A DNA stretch of 64,000 nt from positions 987,114 through 1,051,113 of the forward strand of contig JBHLNF010000001.1 of the NCBI GenBank assembly GCA_048937405.1, given 5' to 3'. Positions 40,888-50,918 of the stretch are shown here, piece after piece. This DNA comes from Promethearchaeota archaeon. GTDB taxonomy: Archaea > Asgardarchaeota > Lokiarchaeia > Sigyniarchaeales > SOKP01. The notes below the pieces were generated by a model that ran no database searches, was not told where the DNA came from, and saw only the letters and a list, made by a program, of their open reading frames with translations. Position numbers and translations under genes: made by a program. How positions within the stretch are numbered: position 1 is the stretch's first letter; each line of letters starts with the position of its first letter.

Positions 40888-42000
40888 TTGAAAGGAGAAA
40901 TAATATATTTACGCTTAACAGATGTAGGACGTAGTATAAATTTAAAAAAAGCTACTACTATGATTCCTGTTATTCAGGATAAAAAAATTATTAAAACTAA
41001 AGATACACCATCATATGTTGATTTTCCTGATCCATTAAATTTAGAAGTTACTCAGAAGATAACTTCTGAACTAAAAAATATCGAAAATATATCTTTAAAT
41101 ATTAAGATATATGCTGAAGGCGTGATTTCTTTGATAGCAAGACTTGATTTTCATGATTTACCTTTAGATGATCTACACAAATTGAAAAAAATCATGTTTA
41201 CTACTTCAGATGGTAAATTTCAAATAAATGATTTTTTAAAGTATCATCAAAATAAAGTTTTTAAACAAATAAGAGATTGCATTAGCGAAGAGGGTTTTTT
41301 ATTTGGTGAATCTGAACATGAAAAATACACATTATATTGTTTAACTGATGATCTAGAAAGCCCTAAAGAATTTATTGAGAAAGAAAAGAAATATATTTCA
41401 GCTTTACTTATGGGAGAAAACCCTGAACTAAATCTTAGTAAAGAACAAATTGATAAAACATTTAAAAAGACTTTTTCATTTTTGAAAAAAGATTATATAA
41501 TCTTTGATTTTGATAGATGTCTGATTATTGATCCAAATTTAGATTATGACGATATATTACTTGTAGTTGAGATTGCAAACTATCAATTGCTTGAATTACG
41601 AGTAATAGACAAGCTCTTAGATAAAAGATTAGCTGTAGCAGAAGAAGATATTCTTAAAATTTATTTTAGAAGCCGAAGTTTATTTAGAAGATTAAAAAAG
41701 AAAGTAGGACGCTTAATTCGATTAAGATATGATTTATTATTTTTACTAGAAAACATAGAAAATGTCTCAAAATTAATAGGAGATTATTATCTAGCGGAAA
41801 TTTATAGATATTTATCCGATTTATTTCAATTAGAAGAATGGAGTAAAAGTATAAGACTTCGTTTAGAAACACTGGAAAATATATATAGTGTAACTCAAAC
41901 AAATATAAATGAAAAATTCTTACTATATGTTGAAATTTTGCTTAGTTTTATTTTTATAATGGAATTTATACTCCTATTATTTGATTTTTTTTTGAAATAA
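40888..42000 (+). CDS. RMD1/DUF155-like protein
   Basis: EIANYQLLELR..D..LD, LIGDYYLAEIY...F.L..W; C-terminal TM. Confidence 0.6.
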   Translation: MKGEIIYLRLTDVGRSINLKKATTMIPVIQDKKIIKTKDTPSYVDFPDPLNLEVTQKITSELKNIENISLNIKIYAEGVISLIARLDFHDLPLDDLHKLKKIMFTTSDGKFQINDFLKYHQNKVFKQIRDCISEEGFLFGESEHEKYTLYCLTDDLESPKEFIEKEKKYISALLMGENPELNLSKEQIDKTFKKTFSFLKKDYIIFDFDRCLIIDPNLDYDDILLVVEIANYQLLELRVIDKLLDKRLAVAEEDILKIYFRSRSLFRRLKKKVGRLIRLRYDLLFLLENIENVSKLIGDYYLAEIYRYLSDLFQLEEWSKSIRLRLETLENIYSVTQTNINEKFLLYVEILLSFIFIMEFILLLFDFFLK

Positions 42001-42025
42001 ATAAAATACTTATTTCAAACTTAAA

Positions 42026-43237
42026 TCATAAGAAGATATTAGAATCAATTAAATTCTCTTTTTTTTTAGACATAATTTTATCTATTGCCATGATAAAATC
42101 TTCAATAGAGACTATTTCAGAATTCCTCCTTATAGCAAACATTCCCGCTTCCGTGCATATACCTTTTATATCAGAACCTGTTGCACCTTTAGTAAGAACC
42201 GCTAATTCTTTCAATTTAATATTTTCTTCAAAATTAAGGTTTTTAGTATGAACTTTAAAAATTGCTTCTCTTGCTTTTTCATTAGGAATAGGGAATTCTA
42301 CTAATCGATCAAATCGCCCTGGTCTTAGTAAAGCTGGATCCAATACGTCTTCTCTATTTGTTGCAGCAATAAATTTAATGTTTCCTCTTTGATCAAAGCC
42401 ATCTAATTCATTTAATAATTGCATTAGGGTTCTATTTACCTCTCTATCACCAGAAGTATCATCTTGCATTCTAATGGCTCCAATTGCATCTATTTCATCT
42501 ATAAACAAAATGCTTGGCGCTTTTTGTCTTGCTAAGCTAAAAATTTCTCTAACATATTCAGATCCTTCACCAATAAATTTTTGAACCAATTCTGTAGCCA
42601 CTATTTTAATAAATGTTGCATTTGTTTCATGAGCAACAGCTTTAGCTAATAAAGTTTTTCCTGTGCCTGGTAAACCATAAAAGAGAACACCCTTAGGAGG
42701 TTCTATACCTATCCTAATAAAAACTTCTGGTTTCTTTAATGGTAATTCTATTATCTCTTTTACTTCTCGAATTTGATTTTCTAAGCCTCCTATATCCTCA
42801 TAACAAACATCATGAGGGGCATCTATTATTTCCATCCCTCTCACAAAGGGATTAAAATTAGGGGGTAAGATCTCCATTACAGCATAATTTCTTTGGTTTA
42901 ATCCCACATGTAATCCGGGGACAATTCTCATTTTTTGCAATCTCCCACATATTCTTACTATAAAGCTAGAATTAGGTGGACAATCAACAATAGCACGATC
43001 ATTAATATCATCTAAAACATCAGTTATATATCCAGAGATTAAGGGAAGTTCGCTTAATCGATCAACATCTCCTTGTAATCTCTTTATCTCTGATTCTGCT
43101 TTTGCAGTACTGGCTTTTAATAAATTTATTTCTATTTCATAATTCTTTATTTTTTTCTCTAGATAACGCATATATGAAATTATTTTCTCATCTTCTTCTG
43201 GATCTTTTTTACCATTTTCAAATTCTGTAGCTGACAT
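42026..43237 (-). CDS. pan: Proteasome-activating nucleotidase (AAA+)
   Basis: N-terminal coiled coil; GLPGTGKT, LVQKFIGEG, FIDEIDAIG, DPALLRPGRFDR. Confidence 0.95.
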   Translation of the reverse strand: MSATEFENGKKDPEEDEKIISYMRYLEKKIKNYEIEINLLKASTAKAESEIKRLQGDVDRLSELPLISGYITDVLDDINDRAIVDCPPNSSFIVRICGRLQKMRIVPGLHVGLNQRNYAVMEILPPNFNPFVRGMEIIDAPHDVCYEDIGGLENQIREVKEIIELPLKKPEVFIRIGIEPPKGVLFYGLPGTGKTLLAKAVAHETNATFIKIVATELVQKFIGEGSEYVREIFSLARQKAPSILFIDEIDAIGAIRMQDDTSGDREVNRTLMQLLNELDGFDQRGNIKFIAATNREDVLDPALLRPGRFDRLVEFPIPNEKAREAIFKVHTKNLNFEENIKLKELAVLTKGATGSDIKGICTEAGMFAIRRNSEIVSIEDFIMAIDKIMSKKKENLIDSNIFL

Positions 43238-43269
43238 TTTATCAACTGGAATTGCTATTTTAATTATTA

Positions 43270-45204
43270 TTATGTTAATCCAAGCCTTTTTAATGCAGCC
43301 TCTAAAATTCTTTTTAACATTTCTTTATATGGAATATTTACAAAATTGCACATTTTTGCTAGATGACCATCCCAACACCAACCAGGATTTGGATTTACTT
43401 CTAAAAGCTTAGGATTTCCTTTTGAATCTAAGCGCCAATCAAATCGGGCATAATCTTGACATTCTAATCGTTCAAATAGTTTGAGAGAAGAATTTTCGAT
43501 AATTTCTTTCGCATCTTGAGAAAGAACTGCTGGAAAAGATTTAATATTCCAATAGGGAGAATCTGGTAACCATTTTGCCTCATAACCGCATATTTTTGGC
43601 AATTCTGGAGGTAAATTTGAATAATCTTCTTCAATTATTGGCAATATAATAAAATTATCTGGAGGATTTCCAATAATTCCAATTGTGAGATCCTTACCAG
43701 TAAGAAATTGCTCAACTAAAATTGCTTTATCATATCCAAATTTTTCACGTATTTCTGAAATAGCATTTAATAAGTCTTCTCCATTTTTAACCACACTTCT
43801 TTGAGTAATGCCAAAACTAGAATCACCGAAATTAGGTTTTACAATGGCAGGAAAATATAATGGTAAATCAATAATTTTATCTTCAGGTTTAACATATATA
43901 GCTTCAGGAACAGGGATCTCTAATTCTTTTGCTATACCTCTTACTAACGATTTATCATAACAAAAGGCAAGACATTGAGGTCCAGATCCTGTATATGGAA
44001 TTTTGAGAATATCTAATAAAGCAGGTAAATGTAATTCTTTTCTTGCATCATTATAGTAACCTTCATCACACAAATTAAATATTAAGTCAATTTTGCCATT
44101 TAGTCTATGTAAATCTTGAATAAGAGTGTTATGATTATCCATATATGAAAAGTTGCAGTCATGTAGTTCCTTTAATGCGACTTTTAATTGATTTATTGTA
44201 AAGAAATCATCATCATCAAATTTTTGTAAAGGTTTAAGTAAATCAGGTTTATTAGGGTCTCCAAAAATAACAACGATATTTTTATTAATATTATTTGTTT
44301 TTTTTTTAATCTTTGTCCATTCTTTTCTAACGGTTGCACTAACAACAATTCTTTTTTCCATCATTCCTAAATCTTGATCTCGTTGAGATTCAGAAGTTAT
44401 TGAACCATGAAATTTTATATCACTAAAACCGACTTTTTTCAATAAATCTGAAATACCTATTTTCGAGTATAATCTTTCTGCATAAAATTGATCGATTAAA
44501 ACACCCTTATTTACATGGTTAATTACTTCCCGCGAAATTAATTTTTGTTTGTCTAAAGATAATGATCTTTCTCGACAAACAAAATATTCTTTATCAATCC
44601 ATTCCCAGGAACGCGATTGATAATTATCTTTAATATATTCTCCATCAGAAATCTCTACTAAAATTTGTCCCCAAGGCTTTAAAACACGAAATACTTCTTT
44701 TAATACAAGAAGATCATCTTTTATTGATTCAAAATAACCAAAACTATTACCTAAAATCAAGACAAAATCAAACTTATCTGTATTAAATGGTAATTTTCTA
44801 GCATCACCTTCGCGAAAGTTGCATGAAACTCCATTTTTTTTTGCGTCAGCTTTAGCTTTTTGAATTAAATATCTTGAGCGATCTAATCCCAAAATATTTT
44901 TAAAACCATTTTTGGCTAATTCAATGGAATGTCTTCCTTGTCCACAACAAAGATCCAGAATCTTATTATCTAAATCAAATTCCATAATTTTTGAAAAATA
45001 TTTAACCTCAAATTCAGTAATTTTTTGATCTTCTACCACATCACCATCCGTTTTTAGATAATACGAGTTAAATATCCTTTTCCACCAATCCTTTTTGACA
45101 TATTCTTCCAAGTCAACAACAGGACCTAAACATACTACATTATTTTTTTCTTTCTTAGCAAAATTTTTTCTATTATTATTTAAATTTCCTATTTGAGTTG
45201 TCAT
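43270..45204 (-). CDS. SAM methyltransferase fused to D-Ala-D-Ala-ligase-like ATP-grasp domain
   Basis: ILDLCCGQGRH, GNSFGYF; IPYTGSG, VKPNFGDSSFGI, YARFDWR, LEVNPNPG. Confidence 0.9.
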   Translation of the reverse strand: MTTQIGNLNNNRKNFAKKEKNNVVCLGPVVDLEEYVKKDWWKRIFNSYYLKTDGDVVEDQKITEFEVKYFSKIMEFDLDNKILDLCCGQGRHSIELAKNGFKNILGLDRSRYLIQKAKADAKKNGVSCNFREGDARKLPFNTDKFDFVLILGNSFGYFESIKDDLLVLKEVFRVLKPWGQILVEISDGEYIKDNYQSRSWEWIDKEYFVCRERSLSLDKQKLISREVINHVNKGVLIDQFYAERLYSKIGISDLLKKVGFSDIKFHGSITSESQRDQDLGMMEKRIVVSATVRKEWTKIKKKTNNINKNIVVIFGDPNKPDLLKPLQKFDDDDFFTINQLKVALKELHDCNFSYMDNHNTLIQDLHRLNGKIDLIFNLCDEGYYNDARKELHLPALLDILKIPYTGSGPQCLAFCYDKSLVRGIAKELEIPVPEAIYVKPEDKIIDLPLYFPAIVKPNFGDSSFGITQRSVVKNGEDLLNAISEIREKFGYDKAILVEQFLTGKDLTIGIIGNPPDNFIILPIIEEDYSNLPPELPKICGYEAKWLPDSPYWNIKSFPAVLSQDAKEIIENSSLKLFERLECQDYARFDWRLDSKGNPKLLEVNPNPGWCWDGHLAKMCNFVNIPYKEMLKRILEAALKRLGLT

Positions 45205-46032
45205 TTTAAGTATAGATTACCATTTTGATTTTGATAAATTTAACAAAAGATAAAGGTATTTTAATTCGAATGAAGATCTCAAAATTTTTGCATTATTACT
45301 ATAGGATGAGATACAAAAATTAATCCTTCTAAATTTTTCAATCGAAATATTACCTATCATCGACTATTTAATCGGTTACCCTTAATATGTTATTTAGATT
45401 TAACTTTACTTCATTCTATTAAAATTATTTACTTGAAATTAATAATAAATAAACTCATTTAAAAACTTTTCCATAAGATTTTTACTCTTAAAGACAAATT
45501 TTAATGTGATTTAATAATTTACAAATATTATCATTTATCTCCAATCTTAGACATGGGATATAAGAATAATCCAATCAGATAAATGTGAATTTAATTTAAC
45601 ATTTTCTTTTCTTTTTGCAGCCATTTCAGAATGTTGGGCGATTGAATATAAAGATTTTATCTTAATTTTTAAAAATAAACAAGTAGTACAAAAAATATTT
45701 TCAAAGTTAGAATTTATCATAGAAATTTTAAATCTCCAATAATTTATTGATTTTTCTAAGACTAATGTAAATAATACACGACTGATTTAGAATTAAATCT
45801 TTTTTTAATAAATATGAAGAATATTATTTTAACATTGATAAGAATTAGCTCTTAGAAACAATAAGAGTGACCAAAGACAATTTTAAATATCAATCTATTT
45901 GAAGTAATTTACTTTCTTATAACTATTGTTATTTTAAACAAAAAAGTTTAAATATTAAAATTGTTTTTTATCCTAATTGAAATTCTATTAATAATTTATA
46001 TTATTATAAATAGCTAAAAAGAGGTTGAAATA

Positions 46033-46167
46033 TTGGCTTCAAAACGCAAAGGTGGAAGGAAGAAATTCGAGGAAGAGGATGATTGGGATGAAGAAGTAGA
46101 ATATGATGATGAAGACTGGGATGAAGATTGGGATGACAATGAAGAATTTGGAGAAGACTTTTATTAA
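46033..46167 (+). CDS. 44-aa basic/acidic microprotein (not in ORF track)
   Basis: TTG start after GAGGTTGA; MASKRKGGRKKFEEEDDWDEEVEYDDEDWDEDWDDNEEFGEDFY; purine-rich coding-like island in AT-rich DNA. Confidence 0.7.
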   Translation: MASKRKGGRKKFEEEDDWDEEVEYDDEDWDEDWDDNEEFGEDFY

Positions 46168-46281
46168 TTAGTCCTATAACATCCATTAAAACATAATAAA
46201 TTCATTCCTAGATTAAATAAAAATCGAACTTTTTTTTGTATAATATGAATTATATATTAATTCAAAATCTTAATATTAAGC

Positions 46282-46953
46282 ATGAATAAGGAAAATAAAA
46301 CTTATCTAGCAATTTTAATATTGATAGGGGGGAAAAGTACACGTTTTGGTGTAGAAAAGGCAATCATTGAATTCTATGGAAAGCCTCTGATATTACACCA
46401 AATAGAGATATTATCTAAATTTGAACAAGATATCTATTTAGTGGCTCATTCTGAAGAACAAATTTCTAAGTATCGCAAACAAATAGAGTTTCCTAAAGAT
46501 GTTAATTTTATTGTAGATGATAGAGATATTTTTGAATATTCCAGAATTTACAAACCAATGCTAGGGATCTATTCTGGTTTTAAAGAACTGAATAAATTGG
46601 GTTTTGAAAAAGGATTTCTATTATCATGCGATATGCCCTTTATTAATCCAAAAATAATTAAATTGATGATTAATGAATCTCAAGGATTTGATTGTACTAT
46701 TCCAAAGTGGAATAATGGTTTTTTAGAACCTTTCTTTGCAATTTATCCAGTAGAAAAGGGATATCTCAGAGCTAAAGAGATACTAATTAATGAAAATTAT
46801 GGATTAATTAATTTGATTGATTCAAAATGGAATATAAATTATGTCTCAGTAGAAAAATCAATTCAACCTTTAGATAAAAATCTTGTAAGTTTAATTAACA
46901 TAAATGGTCCTATTGATCTTGTCAAATTAGCTAATCTATCTAAGCAAGAATAA
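46282..46953 (+). CDS. mobA: Molybdenum cofactor guanylyltransferase
   Basis: LIGGKSTRFGVEKA, PMLGIYSG, SCDMPF, EPFFAIY, NINGPIDL. Confidence 0.85.
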   Translation: MNKENKTYLAILILIGGKSTRFGVEKAIIEFYGKPLILHQIEILSKFEQDIYLVAHSEEQISKYRKQIEFPKDVNFIVDDRDIFEYSRIYKPMLGIYSGFKELNKLGFEKGFLLSCDMPFINPKIIKLMINESQGFDCTIPKWNNGFLEPFFAIYPVEKGYLRAKEILINENYGLINLIDSKWNINYVSVEKSIQPLDKNLVSLININGPIDLVKLANLSKQE

Positions 46954-47020
46954 GTTATTCTTTAATATATATAAGAAAATTTTTTTTAACAAATAGAGAT
47001 TTTTCTTCAATGGATTAATT

Positions 47021-47971
47021 TTAACATAAAATATATCCATTTCCTTTTTGTTCTACTAAGCCCTTGGTTATGAATTTATCAAAATGCTTTTGTATCATTA
47101 TCATTTCGGATATAAGTTCATAATCCTTAAATAAACTATAATATTTATAGACTAGATTTTTACCTTTCAAATCTATTGCACTTTTTGGATTAGTTTCAGA
47201 TAAATTTGATAAAATTCGCTCATCAGTTTTATCAATAATAGATTGATATTTATCTAACTCTGTTCTTATTTCTTTCACACCTCTCATTACTCCACGATGA
47301 CCAGTAATAGCAATATCCATATTCATTTCTTTAAGTTTTTTAATTGATCTTTCAAAGTCTATCAAATTTGAATCCACGCCTCCATAAAATACAAACCTAG
47401 TGAGATCAATATCAGCAAGAAAACCGATTTTAGAATTAAGTTCAAAAAATGCACAATGTCCAGCTGTATGTCCAGGAGTATGAAGGACTTTCAATTCATA
47501 ATTCGTTCCGATCTTAAGAATTTCATTATCTTCTATAGTTTTTTCTATTCTGGTATTTTCATATCTAAGCCCTTCCATAAGCCAACCCATTGCATCATCT
47601 CCGTAAGAGTCTGAAACACCATAATACTCATAAAATTTATCTACATTTTCTATCAAGAATTTATCTTCTGGATGGATATAAAATTTAGCATTTCGTAGTA
47701 ATCTATTTCCTGAAATATGATCTTCATGCCAATGAGACAGGATTACATTATTTATTGTATATATTCTTTTAAACTTTCTTAAGAGTCTACTTGAGATTCC
47801 TGTATCTATTAAATAGTCTTCTATAAGTAAAGAGTTTGAAAAAGGATATTTACCATCCCTGGCTCCTTTTATAAACTTAATTTCTTTAAATTCTTCAGAA
47901 AGAGTTTCTATAAAATCATTCATTACAATTTTTATAAAATTATCGTAATTTTTAATAATTTTTAAAACCAA
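47021..47971 (-). CDS. Metallo-beta-lactamase-fold hydrolase
   Basis: SHWHEDHISG, HTPGHTAGH, GH. Confidence 0.9.
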   Translation of the reverse strand: MVLKIIKNYDNFIKIVMNDFIETLSEEFKEIKFIKGARDGKYPFSNSLLIEDYLIDTGISSRLLRKFKRIYTINNVILSHWHEDHISGNRLLRNAKFYIHPEDKFLIENVDKFYEYYGVSDSYGDDAMGWLMEGLRYENTRIEKTIEDNEILKIGTNYELKVLHTPGHTAGHCAFFELNSKIGFLADIDLTRFVFYGGVDSNLIDFERSIKKLKEMNMDIAITGHRGVMRGVKEIRTELDKYQSIIDKTDERILSNLSETNPKSAIDLKGKNLVYKYYSLFKDYELISEMIMIQKHFDKFITKGLVEQKGNGYILC

Positions 47972-48049
47972 TAAGTTAGAATAAGAATAATAAGAAAAAT
48001 ATTAGATTTGAATTTTGGGTAAGAAAAGAGGCAATATCCATTCTAATTT

Positions 48050-48403
48050 TTATTCATAAATCAATGAGTTATGTACCTCCTTTTCTATCATTATTGGAAT
48101 TGTAATGGGCATTGTTTTGAGATCTTCAATTTTATTTATTGAATCGCAGTTCCAGAAGCTATCTTTTTTTGTTTTAAAGTTGGAAAATTTAGGCTCAGAA
48201 GCAATTTTAATATAAGCATCATATGACTTACATCTTCCAAATGCTAATGTATCATATTCTAAGAAAATACCGCAATTCCACTTTTGCGTTGTATTTTCAT
48301 TTATACATTCTAATTTACTATATATTGATTTATCTTCACAAACTCGGCATATTTTTCTATCATAATAATATTTTTCTCCACACTTGGGGCATTTTAATGA
48401 CAT
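48050..48403 (-). CDS. Small zinc-ribbon protein
   Basis: CPKC...CRVC at the N-terminus; repeated WNC. Confidence 0.65.
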   Translation of the reverse strand: MSLKCPKCGEKYYYDRKICRVCEDKSIYSKLECINENTTQKWNCGIFLEYDTLAFGRCKSYDAYIKIASEPKFSNFKTKKDSFWNCDSINKIEDLKTMPITIPIMIEKEVHNSLIYE

Positions 48404-48676
48404 TTTTAAACACTTTTTTTATTTTTTATACTATTTGAAGGGAATAAATTCCCTCATTTTTAATCCTATAAATATAATTATGATCACTTATATATAAACC
48501 TTTACTTTTTCTAGCTCATATGGTTACAAAAAGTGTATGATCAATCATTATATGACATATAAATATCATCGAATAATGAACAAATAATCTCATCAATAAT
48601 TTTTATTGTACTTTTAAATAATATTTATCAAATGTAAGTTAAGATGATAATAATCTAAATAGAAAGGTTTTGAAAA

Positions 48677-48841
48677 GTGTATTATTATTGTCCCAATTGT
48701 ACTTCAATGAAAATGCCAAAGGTCTTAAATTACTATCCACCTAAAACAGTGAAATGCATGGAGTGTGGGTATATAAATACAGAGAATAAATTTATAAAGG
48801 AACAAGAAAAAAAATTTGCACCACTTCATTATACGCATTGA
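48677..48841 (+). CDS. 54-aa zinc-ribbon microprotein (not in ORF track)
   Basis: GTG start; YYYCPNC...VKCMECGY. Confidence 0.7.
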   Translation: MYYYCPNCTSMKMPKVLNYYPPKTVKCMECGYINTENKFIKEQEKKFAPLHYTH

Positions 48842-48960
48842 AGTCTAAATATATTCTTATTTTTTTAAAATTTTGATAAATTATTAATGAAATTTTAATA
48901 GATTTTAAATTATCGAAAAAGAGATTGAAATCTGTACTAAAAAAGGTTTTTTTTAAATGT

Positions 48961-49137
48961 TTATTTTAATGCATAATAGCAACGCTTAGGAGAAAATACT
49001 TTGCCTTCCTCACGCAATTCTTTTATGATTTTTGATACTTCTTTAGATTCAACACCAATTTGGTCGGCAATCTCGCCCGGACGTAAAGGCTTAGAAGTAC
49101 TTTTAAAAACACTTAATATTTTCTCTTTAGTTATCAT
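48961..49137 (-). CDS. 58-aa winged-helix DNA-binding microprotein (not in ORF track)
   Basis: MITKEKILSVFKSTSKPLRPGEIADQIGVESKEVSKIIKELREEGKVFSPKRCYYALK. Confidence 0.85.
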   Translation of the reverse strand: MITKEKILSVFKSTSKPLRPGEIADQIGVESKEVSKIIKELREEGKVFSPKRCYYALK

Positions 49138-49498
49138 AATAATTTCTAATCTTTGATTGCATTTAATTTTAGTTGTAATAATTTAATATGTCAAAATTAA
49201 GTATTTTTTTTGTTTGAATGATTAATTCATTGGAATGTTTTAAAAATCTTTGAATTAAGTATATAATTTTCCTTTAGAAAGAAGAATGTTTAATTAAGCT
49301 AGTATAACCTTACCTGATGGAATTCTGAGTTCAATAAAAATTGAGTTCAAATTTAAGAGTTTATCAAGGATTGAATTTACTATTGGAGGTATTAGATTTA
49401 ATCAATACCAAAATTATTATTTTAAGTTGAAACAATTTTAAATCTTACCTTAAATACTTAAACCTAATTAAATCATATTTTTGTTGATAAGGCTAAAA

Positions 49499-50860
49499 AT
49501 GAAGGAATTCAGATTTCCAGAAGGATTTTTATGGGGTGCTGCTACATCCAGTTATCAAATAGAAGGCGGTTGGAATGAAGATGGGAAAGGAAAAAACGTT
49601 TGGGATTATATTTGTCATAGTACGAAAAATGTTCAAAATAGCGATACTGGAGATGTTGCCTGTGACCATTATCATAGGTTTAAAGAAGATATTCAAATAA
49701 TGAGGGAAATGGGTCTTAAAGCTTATCGCTTTTCAGTATCTTGGCCTCGTATTTTTCCTTCGGGAAAAGGTACTATAAACAATAATGGTATAAATTTTTA
49801 TGATAACCTCATTAATGAATTATTAGCAAATGGAATTGAACCAGTATTAACTCTTTACCATTGGGATTTACCGTTATCCTTACAGGAAATTGGGGGATGG
49901 GAAAGTAGGGAGGTTGTTGACGCCTTTGTCAACTATGCTTCATTTATGTTTGATCATTATGGTGATCGTGTAAAAAAATGGATTACTTTCAACGAACCTT
50001 TAGTTTTTACAATTTGGTTTTATTCCCGTGGGTTATATAATAAGCAGAATATTAGAGCTGGGTTAATATCCTCGATTAATGTGAATGTAGCACACGCTAA
50101 AACAATAGAAATCTATCACAATTCTAAAAATCCAGATGGACAAATAGGTATCTCTCTAAATTTATCTCAAGTATATCCTGAAACTGATTCTGAATTAGAT
50201 AAGAAAGCGGTTACTTTTACGGATGGAATACAAAATAGATGGTTTTTAGATCCTGTTTTAAAAGCATCTTATCCAAAGAATATATTAGAATTAATAGAGA
50301 AACAATATAATATTCCTAATATACCTAAAGATGACATTGAGTTATTAAAGAACAATCCCATTGATTTTCTAGGTATAAATAATTATTCTTGCATTCGAGT
50401 TAGTGCAAAAAACGAAAAAGACCTAACTTTCCTTGGAAATTTTACTAAAACAAATAAAGTAAAGGAGCGTGAATATACTGAGATGGGTTGGGAAGTTTGT
50501 CCTAAAGGATTTTATGATCTTTTAATAAGACTTGATAAAGACTATAATCATCCTATTATATATATTACTGAAAATGGAGCGGCATATAAAGATGAAAAAG
50601 TAATTAGTGGAATAATACAAGATGATGATAGAATATATTATCTCAAACAATATCTTGAAGCTGCATATCAAGCACTTAAAAATGGTGTAAATTTGAAAGG
50701 ATATTTTATTTGGTCATTGATGGATAATTTTGAATGGACTTATGGTTATTCTAAAAAATTTGGATTAGTTCATATCGATTTTAAATCTCAAGAGAGAAAA
50801 TGGAAAAAAAGTGCATATTGGTATCGTGATGTTATTAAAGCAAATAGTATTAACCTATAA
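49499..50860 (+). CDS. GH1 beta-glucosidase
   Basis: WGAATSSYQIEG, TFNEP, ITENG, WSLMDNFEW; ATG 49499 preferred to TTG 49481. Confidence 0.95.
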   Translation: MKEFRFPEGFLWGAATSSYQIEGGWNEDGKGKNVWDYICHSTKNVQNSDTGDVACDHYHRFKEDIQIMREMGLKAYRFSVSWPRIFPSGKGTINNNGINFYDNLINELLANGIEPVLTLYHWDLPLSLQEIGGWESREVVDAFVNYASFMFDHYGDRVKKWITFNEPLVFTIWFYSRGLYNKQNIRAGLISSINVNVAHAKTIEIYHNSKNPDGQIGISLNLSQVYPETDSELDKKAVTFTDGIQNRWFLDPVLKASYPKNILELIEKQYNIPNIPKDDIELLKNNPIDFLGINNYSCIRVSAKNEKDLTFLGNFTKTNKVKEREYTEMGWEVCPKGFYDLLIRLDKDYNHPIIYITENGAAYKDEKVISGIIQDDDRIYYLKQYLEAAYQALKNGVNLKGYFIWSLMDNFEWTYGYSKKFGLVHIDFKSQERKWKKSAYWYRDVIKANSINL

Positions 50861-50918
50861 ATCTTAGCCCCGTTTCTCAAATGAAAAAAAAAGTTTTTAG
50901 TATATAAAAAAGATTAGA

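Noticed and set aside
45205-46020. About 800-bp gap that might hold an RNA gene or a 57-codon minus-strand ORF (45547-45720)
   Set aside because: Very AT-rich, with no convincing stems, tRNA fold or recognisable protein motif
46004-46186. His/Leu-rich 60-aa minus-strand ORF in the track
   Set aside because: Antisense shadow of the acidic microprotein on the plus strand
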